This document shows positions 1-9,806 of a DNA stretch of 64,000 nt, piece after piece. How positions within the stretch are numbered: the first letter of the stretch is position 1; every line of letters starts with the position of its first letter. The position numbers and the translations under genes were made by a program. The notes below the pieces were generated by a model. The model saw only the letters and a program-made list of their open reading frames with translations. It had not been told where the DNA came from and searched no databases. This stretch comes from Amoeboaphelidium protococcarum X5 (lineage: Eukaryota; Fungi; Aphelidiomycota), in assembly GCA_023515725.1 (NCBI GenBank), contig JALDTO010000057.1, forward strand, positions 248,001-312,000. Reading direction: 5' to 3'.

Positions 1-323
1 TTTTTTTGCTTATATATTGATAATCTCTTCAACTTATCCATGATCTTAGTACTTGCACACTCTGCTTAACTTTCAAAGTTTATAGTACCGGTATGACGCA
101 GTTAATTTGTATGATCACATGTGAACACAATGCCAGTCACGATACCTGTGACATGCGATTTCATTGGCTGAACACAAGATTACGCCCAGCCATCCACTAC
201 CGTCTGCCAAGTACAATTATTTATCATCCATCCATTACGTATATATATATATATATTCCCTTTTCTTAATTTAATCAGTACATTCTTGATTATAGTCTAT
301 TTAGTGATACCTGTTTTGTTAAA

Positions 324-1511
324 ATGATCATTGTTTCATAGTTCTAATTGTATATTGTCGCGTCAATGGTCATATTTGGCAGTGATGTTTATGCCCAAGA
401 CGGTGCTGCACAACTTCCCCGTGCTGAAGATTTCCAACCTACTGCTAATCCTCAAGTGCCAGTAGCGGTGTCGGATATTTAGCCAGCTCCTGATGCTGAA
501 ACTAGTGCTCAGCCTGCTGCACCGGCACCTGATACTGATTCCGCATCGTCTCAACCTGCTGACACATAGTCTTCGCGTCCTCAACTTCCACGTGCTGAAG
601 ATTTCTAACCTGCGGCTAATCCACCAATATCATAGTAACCTGACTCTGGTACGACTGTAGGTCAGACTGCTTCCTCTCAATAAGGTTCAGCTCAGGGACC
701 ATAGCGTCCCTAATATCCTAGCGGTCCAGAATATTTTGGCTAGCCCGCTGTCCCTGCTGCATAGTAGTAACCTGACTCTGGTACAGTTGCGGGTCAATCT
801 GTTTCTCCTTAGCAAGGTTCTTCTTCAGGACCACCACGTGCATAGTATCCTGGTGGAGCAGAACTCTTTGGTTAGCCCGCTGTCCCTGCTGTATAGCCTG
901 ATTCTGGTACAGCTGCGGGTCAATCTGTTTCTCCTTCATAAGCTTCTTCTTCAGGACCACCACGTGCATAGTATCCTGGTGGAGCAGAACTCTTTGGTTA
1001 GCCCGCTGTCCCTGCTGTATAACAGTAATCTGATACTGGTACAACTGCGGGCTAATCTGTTTCTTCACAGCAAGGTTCCTCTTCAGGGCCACCGCGTTCA
1101 TAATATCCTGGTGGAGCAGAACTCTTTGGTTCCGCGGGCCCTCCTGGCTCTCGCGCAACACCATCGGCACCTTAAGGTACAGCTGCAGGAAAATCTGTAT
1201 AGGGAAGCAAGCCAGCTACGTAATCATAGATGAGCTAGGCTTCTTAATCAGATAAGAAATCAAGCACCCCTACGAAAGGAACTGCCACTGCCTAAAATAA
1301 GTAGGCCGACTCTGCGAAGTCAAAGACTACCAGCGCGCCATCTAGCAAGAAAAGTGGACCTGGGAAATCCCAATCAACTGGGACCGCCGCGTCGAAATCT
1401 TCTGGTAGTAAACCGGGTGGAAGCGCTGGTTCCAAATCCTCTGGGAAGTCTTCATCCTTGGGAAAACGTGGTCTGTCTGGTAGAAGTATAGCTGGACGCA
1501 TATGGATTTGA
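324..1511 (+). CDS. Secreted Pro/Gln/Ser/Gly-rich repeat protein (395 aa)
   Basis: ATG324 to TGA1511 open with TAR=Gln; hydrophobic N-terminus (MIIVSQFQLYIVASMVIFGSDVYA); about four ~40-aa repeats (PDSGT.AGQSVS..Q.SSSGPPRAQYPGGAELFGQPAVPA); Lys/Ser-rich tail. Confidence 0.8.
636..1135 (+). repeat. Coding tandem repeat, ~120-130 bp units, about four copies
   Basis: CCTGACTCTGGTAC-like and TATCCTGGTGGAGCAGAACTCTTTGGTT blocks recur. Confidence 0.85.
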
Positions 1512-1922
1512 ATTTCAGGTCCTTATTAAAGATGCCTGTCTATGATGATTGCCAAAAGTCGCTGTTCCATCGTAAATGTAAGTTGCTGCTTCAACTCCGA
1601 AACTTGGTCTTTCCGCAATTGTGGCCTCTCATAGTAAGTGCTGATAATTTGGGTTATTTTAGGAGTTGAACTCTAACTTTCTCCGTGATATCCGTCTAAC
1701 ATCTCGCCTTGATAACGCTTTGGTTAGTTTGCATTGCCCAGCTTTAAGGTGGACTTTTTCGGTTGCTGTTGCAGATGGCATTCGGCAATGTCGATTGATG
1801 ATGATACCTGTTACTAAAATTTAAAAAATGTAATTATTATAATTGGTTTTTTATTTACAGGCAATAATCATAACGGAATTCATTGAATATGCCAGAAAGC
1901 AAGCTTTACTTTACTCTAGGGT

Positions 1923-4900
1923 TCATCCTAATTTCAGTGAACGTATACGATGCTGCTCTTATCGCAGCTTGGCATTGGCCTGCAACAACTCATGACTTGT
2001 CAACTGCTACGAAAACCCACGAATCAAATCAGAATAGTCTTTCAGCTATACTACAACATTTCTGTGAGTTTCCATAGTTCGCTTCAGCAAACGATCATTC
2101 TGCAGCAAATCTTAATCAATGGAAAAAGACTTGATATTGCGAGGTGGAGCTCTAAAGTACAGCTTGAGCTCATTCTTGGGAAACCAGCTTGACATTGACT
2201 CTTGATCGACAACGGACTTGAAGAGTGAAGTCTTTTTGACATTAAGTTTATAGAGAGAATCTTCTATCGTGCCAAAAGTGTACAGCCGATAAACATACAC
2301 ATTCTTCTTTTGTCCAAAGCGGTAAGCTCTAGCAATTGCCTATTGATCTAGAGTAGGATTCCAGCCAGCGTCAAAGATAATTACACGATTAGCAGATTAT
2401 AGATTAACACCAACACCACCAGCGGAAATTGAGATAAGAAACACGTCAATCTCGGAATCTCGGTTGAATTTATCAATAAGGGATTGACGCTGAGCAGTGG
2501 GAACCTTACCATCTAAGCGGAGGTATGAGATTCCGCTACCTCTAAAATTCTCCACTTGCTTAATCTTCTGTTCAACCATGTCAAGTGTGGGAATACTTCT
2601 TGAGAAGAGCAATACTTTATCACCAACCCGCCTAGCTTCTTTGATGATCTAAAACGCAATCTAAAACTTGTGACTGTTGGCAATATTCACAATATTTGGA
2701 ATCGCTTTTACCTCCTCATGGAAGGACTTTAGACCAGGTTCATCTTACTTCTTAGTGAACTAACTTTACAATAGAATACTTTCATAATCGTCATCCTCTT
2801 CAAAGTCCTGATCCAAATCTACAACTGTTTTGACGTGCTCTGAGGCAAAAGCTGGTCCAGAAAACAATTTCTACCGGGATGCTAAAGCTGCGACAGAGCC
2901 GGAAATTTCTTCATCATTATCATCGCCGTCTGTATGCTCGATTGATAGAGCGGCATTCGAAATCTACTGCAATGTTGAGGACATCTACTTCTTCTCATTC
3001 TATATTATCAAATTGTAACTACACGCTGGATGATTGACTAGTCGAAGCAATTCCTAGTAATGAGTTAGAATATCAACTCTACTGACTTGTAGTAATTAGC
3101 TATTAGACTACTTGTTAACATGAGCGGAACCATCATGGTTTAGCTACAAAGCATAGTCAAGTTCATCACATTCGGTGGTATTGAGAGGCTCATCACTTTC
3201 AACAAAATGGCCGCAGCATTTCAAGTATTCTTCATACAAATGCTACTGAACAGGAGTCAATTGTACAGCGATGGAGAACTCAAACTTTCTTGTATGCAAT
3301 AAATCTGCCAAATCCACAAGATCATTATTATTATTAGCTTCTTGCATTAACGCGTCAAAATCTTTAATACACAGCCGATGAACCAGAGGCTATAGCAGCT
3401 TTTAAAGTACATACAAACTCTGGCGACAAATACTCTTCTAAACAGGAGTAGAATCCATTGACAAACCATCCGTGATAGGATGCATGAATGCAAGTCTGAA
3501 ATCTTACAGAGTGCCCAAGTATCCAGGATACACAGAGTCAACCATAACGTAGTACTCCAGCAGATTATTCTACAAAGGCGATCCCGTAAGACAAATCTTG
3601 TACTGACATTAAACACGCCTCAGTATAACGTTAACTTTACTCTAATGATTCTTTAATCGATGAGCTTCATCCACAACAATAAGATGCGGACCACGATTGA
3701 GGAATATATCTTGCACCACGGCATCATTGATGAACAATTAACGAAACATCTCAAAGCCCATCAGGAGCAATCCACCGCCTTGTGACCACTGTCTAACTTT
3801 ATCTCGTCTCTCATGAACGTTCGCATACAGCCTGATATGAATAATGGAATCATTGAATACGGATTGAATATCTCTGCGCGGTATCCATCGGTAAATCTCT
3901 TGAATCCAATTTTCTATCAAAGTGGCAGGCATTAGAATAAGTATTTTCAAAGTGCCCTATCCCTGCCGCCGAAGTACTGACGGCAACAATTCAGGCTACT
4001 ACTGGGCGGTTTAACAAAGTATATGCATCAGAAGAATGACCTGGAACGTCTTCATAAGTCCCATACTATGAGCAAGCACACATCCATGACCATTTTACAA
4101 GTTTTACCACATGAATTGCACACCCTCCACCTGATGTTTCTTTACTTTCTCATAACAAAATATAGGCAAATATACACCTTCTGCCAGTTTAAAACCTTCC
4201 GCATTAAAATTAATTTTATTTACTGCTACTTCAGTACTTATATCAAAAGGCAAAATATCTCTATTCATCCAATCCTAATCCATATCATCAATATATTCAC
4301 GTCTCCGCTTTACTCTCAACTCGGACTCCCATTCTTGTTAATTCACAATCTCAACTTCATCTTAATCTATGCTCACTTGACCTGGAAGCTCTATAGTCTA
4401 AGAACTTCTTTTCACGTTATATGCGCGCGACTTTGATTAAGATGAAAATTATCGTTATTGTGTATCATCATGACTAGTTGATCTATCAGCATCAAACTGC
4501 ACCATATCAAACGCGTCATTCATCTACACATTAAATACAGCCTGGTATGATAACTCATCATCTTCAGATAATCCATTGATACTATTCCTCTCATACTATG
4601 ATGATTAGGATGTCATTTATTAGAATATAGGATCCAATGCAATCTATAATAGGGATTCTCTGCCACATTTAATGATAAACATCAACAGTGCTTATTGCAA
4701 ACTTGTCAATGCAACATTCAGGCTCTTTTAGCAATATTACGCGTACAATAAGACTTTCTACAGCAAAAATAGAACACCAACCTCATTGTCTTATTTATGA
4801 AAGTCTTGACTGGGCGAGGACACACTCTATATCAATAGATTAAGCAACTGCTGAAAACAATCAAATGATGGCATTAGAGCTTTAAAATGCCCAGATATGT

Positions 4901-5162
4901 ACAAAGTGAATTAATCAGAATTGCATGATGAGATATTCCGCATTACACCATACAATATATCAGCATCTTCAATAGTCTTGCCAATACGCTCCATCACTGA
5001 CATTACTTAATCCCCAAATTGATAGATGTTTGAGCGTTTTTCTGCACTTGGCTTTCTTATTATTATTACTGCAGCAACAAGAGACGCGTGTTGCGAGCTC
5101 TCCCTGATCGACTTAACGGGATTTGATTCGACATGTTTCATCACACTGGTGGAAACGCACAT
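1923..5162 (-). CDS. SNF2-family helicase, ATRX/RAD54L2(ARIP4)-like (~1079 aa)
   Basis: One frame with TAR=Gln: HQVEGVQFMW, GCVLAHSMGLMKT, VVDEAH, TGSPLQNN, LRLDG, AGGVGVNL, QAIARAYRFGQ. Start codon uncertain (5162, 5141 or further downstream). Confidence 0.88.
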
Positions 5163-5268
5163 TATAACAACAGTATTACATGCCAAGCAAGATTTACTTG
5201 AAACGGGCTATCAAACAAAATATTCATGAACAAATGCATTAATTTATTTATATAATCAAACTACACTT

Positions 5269-6645
5269 TCAATCAAAGCATTAATTTTGATCCAGCTGGC
5301 AATTACTGATGGACGGAGAGTACTGCGTAGACTCAAAAAACTAATTACTATCAAGTTCCGCAGTCCCCATCAGCTCTTTAGCAATACCAGGAGGCGCCAC
5401 CCTGACCTCTTGGTATATTGGAGACCCATCATTATTGTAATCAATTATAAATCGAGGTACTCCGACGACGCGGCTGCCAGCTGGTTCTTTGGTCAAAGCC
5501 TTCTTCAACTTCACCATGCTAAAATCCAACTTTTTAGCCACTTTTTGCACAGTGTCCAAAAATTTAAATTGGCCCTAATTGAGCGGAGTCTAAACAGCCA
5601 AGGAGTTGGCTGCGGGCTAGCTCCGCGCGGGCTTTCTAAATCTCTTGGCGTCACCAAAGCGGGAGAGAAGGATTACCAGTACTTTCACCAAACTTCTTTG
5701 TACCAAATCTGTGCAGCTAGACGCTGTATAAGCAGAGTGGCCATCAAGGCTATCATAAGGATACGTGAATATTGTATTGCGATCCTTATTCTCCACAAAC
5801 ACTTTAAATTGAGATGGGGTAGCAAGCAGAATTGGAGCATTAAGGGAGTACATGGTAGCAAGGACTTGAGCGAGTCTTGATTAAGATTACCATAGATGAC
5901 CGTCCGGATAACTGGTGCAAGTCTTCAATTCAGTACCGAAATATATGGGAGATGATGGGAGATTACTGCGACCTTTGGTCAAATACACGTCCATTTTAGA
6001 GCAATAATCGTATGAATGATCGCACATAACTCCGCCGATAACAACAGACTTTTCATTAGATGTAGCAGTTGGCACCTTCAATATGGAGCCTAGAACCTAC
6101 ACCAATTACACCAAATTAGAGCTGAACGACGATTCATTTAAATCAATGGACAAGTTCTCTAATTTTAACTACACCTCAGCATCAACTTCACAATACGCTG
6201 CCGCGGCCTTCCATCTCTTTTCGACTCCCAGAAATTCGGCCAGTTGATCCAGACCATCCTCACAGTGTCCAAGAGACTAAATCGATCTGTATATAGAAGG
6301 GTGGAAAAGAGTATGTGTCAGTTTCGAAGCTCCAGGCCTTTTGATAAGTTTCACCGTGTCATGAGTCGATTCGCCAATGCCATTGGGGCGCACTTCTATC
6401 ATGCAATTGGCACTTGACACAAATTAGAGGAATTCCAATTGTCTTTGAGCTTAGACTTAGGATAAAGGAAGAAGGAGCGACTATCTTTCTAGCTCCTCAG
6501 CCTCTAAATAGCGGCTAGTAATGGAGGATTAATCAGTATAATCAGAGTCGTCCATCTGCTAATCGCGACCATACACGCGGACCTTTATATCTTGGCTCTC
6601 TCCGACACTAGCAAATAAGTCGTTGAAAACGGGATGTATAATCAT
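5269..6645 (-). CDS. Hypothetical protein (458 aa), possible PD-(D/E)xK nuclease-like fold
   Basis: Open ATG to TGA under TAR=Gln; KMDVYL...GTELKT...RLAQVLATMY pattern. Function is speculative. Confidence 0.65.
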
Positions 6646-7150
6646 ATTTAGATGCAGAAAATTCTAAAATTGAATTTGTAGACAATGTGCTTCTTCCTGT
6701 CAACGGCTAGACTAAAATTCTGTCAATGACTAAACTGTTCTGGCTGGAACAAAGACGGCTGAAGTTCGGTTGTCAAATACAGCCGACCGTGGAAAAATGG
6801 GCGGATCCATCATTCGTGCACCAAGTCCTTTTGAAATTTTTTATCCATTAAGTATTTGTATGATAGTTAGTCTTATTTTAAATACGATTATCAATGAGAT
6901 TCTATATATTTTTACATACTCTTCAATACAAGTCAATAATCTAATTACTCGTTTACTTTATTGCCAATCTTCTGAGCTTGTCTCAATACCTTAAAAATAC
7001 CAATTACTCTTGAGTGATTTTAGGCTTCGACCATCCTCATTGATATCACAATGAAAGGATGACTGGTCATGTCACATCTCATCATTGCATTGTATTCAAT
7101 GCTTACTGACAGTATTCTAATTCTTTCATCGCAATACTGATCATTTGAAA

Positions 7151-7786
7151 ATGTAGCCAAGCCAAAAACGTGAATTATCTGCGGCTGCAAAGACAGCACT
7201 AGAAGATTTCAAAACTTAAGCATATCATCAAGATATTCCCGGCTTTCTCTCCGTGTGTGCTAAGGTGATCAATGAAGTTGATATTCGGATAGTCAAAGAA
7301 CTTGGCGCATCATCATTTGCCGCATTTGCTCCAGTATTTGCCCCTTGGTATAATACTAAATCTGAATGGTTTGGACATTATGTTTGGAATGGCAACACAG
7401 ACGCGTTCAATTAACGACTGTTGTTAAAATGCACTGACAAGGACTGGCAAATACCGTAATCTTAATAAACAGAACACTCCTTAACAGCAAAGTTCAATCC
7501 TAATTTGAATCGTAAAGACATGGGACAAAACGTAAGTGAGAGCCAGGAGAAGTAAAGTTTTAGTCAGGTGCAGCATTAAATTGAGAATATCATTGAATCC
7601 AAAATGCGGAATCAGTAGATTGCATCAGATACAGTCTCTCTAATGGCTAAATGGAAATCTAAGCAGTAATAGTCGTCATCTAAGAGTTTGAAGAAGAAGA
7701 AGAAGAAAGTGCTACAGCTTTCGGAATAATCTCTAGTGGCGTTGGAAAACATGAAACCAAAAATCGGCGAGAGATTGCCGAACTGA
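7151..7786 (+). CDS. Element ORF1 (211 aa); possibly the N-terminal part of the Fanzor protein
   Basis: ATG7151 to TGA7786 with TAR=Gln; KKKKKK stretch; overlaps the Fanzor ORF by 136 nt; its sequence is recognisable in the second copy; no serine-recombinase YARVS motif. Confidence 0.65.
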
Positions 7787-9363
7787 ATCAGTATGATCAG
7801 ATACGCTCGATTAATATTCGTATATTCCCTGATAAGAAGTTCATACACAAATTCAATGAATGGCTGGATCTCAAGTTTCAAATGGTCAATTTCATCATTA
7901 ACATTTTGAATGATTCCAGAGATTAAGGAGAAAAGGTGTCAATACAAGCGCTAAGGAACCATGTTGCGCTAAGTTAAGTCAAAGCCAAAAAGTGCCGCGT
8001 GCCTGATGACGACCCAAGATTGCGTTGGATGCGAATGCCATCTACAGTGCAAGATGAGATTATTAATGCGACTCGCACGTATTACTATGCGGCTCATGAG
8101 AAGTATACAAAGGGTGATATCAAAGACTACAACTTTATGCCAAATAGAGATGATGATTAGTTTTAGATGCTCCAGTTTCAAGCGTAAGATGCCCGTGTAG
8201 ATCCAGATAGCAATCGCGTCCGCCTACTGCCTTCATTCCTCAAGAGCTTTGGGAAACTGTATGCCAAAGATCCTCTATTCTAAGAGCCTGGCAAGATTGA
8301 CTACTGGCCCCGTTTCATCAAGTTTGGCTATGGCAGAGGAAGAGAGTTCAAGCTCGTGAAAAGAAGAAATTAGTTCTTTGTGATTGTTTCGTATGATGCC
8401 TCCTGTATATAAGGTCCATTCACTGATTGGTATTACTAGCAACTGAAAGATATGAATAATGCAGATGAGAATCTTGAAGGTGCTAGATCATTTATAAGCC
8501 GCCGTGATGCGCGTTGCCGTTAAACTGGAAACACTTGCTCGGTGGATCCAGGTGTTAGAGTGAGCATGACCGTCTTCGATTTGGATCGCAGGTCATTCAT
8601 TGCGATTGCGCCTGATTTCAAGTAGCTTTATAAGAATAAGAGTGAATAGATTTCCAATGCATAGTCTCTGAAAGATTAGATGGATAATCGCGCAGCTGCT
8701 TTACAGAATGGACAATTGAGTCTGGAGGAGTTTAAAGCGTAGAAGAAAGAATTATGGCACACATGGAAGTAATCAAAGAATAATGTTGTTCCCACTGATA
8801 TTGGCATTAGTCGTGCTTACACCAAATTCTCTGCATATGTATCGAATTTGCATAACCGAATTGGCAACTTTTTGATGCGGCATTATGATCTAATCATTCT
8901 TCCCGAGTTTCTGACTATTAAGATGGTGAAGAAACGGAGAAAGCGTTTGAATCTACCTCCCGTTCTAAGTGATACGGCCGATGTACTGGTAACACACTCG
9001 CGTGGTTAATAAAATTCTGGGCATCTTCTCCATAAAAATACGCGGAAGACTCTATTGGCGTTTAGCCATTACAAGTGTCGTATGAAACTTATTGCAATGG
9101 CATAAGCTAATATATTTAGATCTGGAAAGTAAGTGCTCGTGACAACGGAGGAGTTTACGTCGAAACAACATCCGTTTCAGAATGTGCTACATAACTGTCT
9201 TGGTGCTGATGAGTACTTCATGTTGGGTGATTTTCGTGCATATCGGGATAATGTTGGATCATATAATGTTATGTCTCGAAGTTTTTCTAAGGAAGAAGTG
9301 AAATTGGTTACTGCGAACTAAGCGGATTAGACACTATACAAGGAGTTCGTGATGTCCATATGA
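7651..9363 (+). CDS. Fanzor2 / TnpB-like RNA-guided endonuclease (570 aa)
   Basis: IRSINIRIFP (TnpB N-terminus), CSVDPGVR (RuvC-I), HNRIGNFLMRHYDLIILPEF, TRKTLLAFSHYKCRMKL, VTTEEFTSK (shifted Glu), YRDNVGSYNV (RuvC-III); more than 20 in-frame TAR, no internal TGA. Confidence 0.9.
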
Positions 9364-9467
9364 AGGTCTTGCAAGAGACTCTATTGCGCCTTGCTTAACA
9401 TCTGATCACTAAATCATAGAAGTGTTTTGTAATTGCTTATCGTTATGCTCGTACTATACTGTTACTC

Positions 9468-9575
9468 TGCTATTAAGGGGCTATGTGGGGACCCCAATGA
9501 AAAGATTGCTGGAGCTTTTTTAAAGTGTACCAATGATCGATTAACCCACATGGGGGCATAATAAATGGGAAAATT
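9468..9575 (+). ncRNA. Candidate omega-RNA 3' scaffold plus guide
   Basis: Most conserved block between the two copies; ATGTGGG/CCCACAT stem; CAAT-GAAAAG-ATTG hairpin with a compensatory change in copy 2. The 5' end is unknown. Confidence 0.65.
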
Positions 9576-9806
9576 TGCACTTTAAAAATGTCCCGGCGTT
9601 ATTCTACACTGACCATACCCGTTGTCAGGCAGTTTGTTTCGAGATCCTTATGCTTCGTTTACTCGACGCGTGTTCGTTGAGTCACTTTTACGTGCTATAG
9701 CTCTTTGTCATTCATCCGGTTTCCTTTCTCTTTCATAAAACGTTTGAGAGCGTGGCGTTTGCTTATCACACTTTGACACCCGTCGATTCTTTAAACTCTA
9801 TTAATA

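Larger units (their letters stand above)
6792..9554 (+). mobile_element. Fanzor2 (IS607-TnpB-like) element with no recognisable transposase
   Basis: Boundaries set by homology to 41129-42331 (left GAAAAATGGG..TTCGTGCAC, right ..AACCCACATGGG); imperfect TIR 18/24; contains the Fanzor ORF. Confidence 0.85.

Noticed and set aside
718-1233. Track ORFs 718-1170(-) and 736-1233(+)
   Set aside because: Shadow frames of the 324-1511 gene.
1520-1800. Short minus-strand ORFs between the first two genes
   Set aside because: Short, with no motif and no frame clearly favoured.
7151-7786. ORF1 as IS607 TnpA serine recombinase
   Set aside because: No MerR-like HTH or YARVS catalytic motif.
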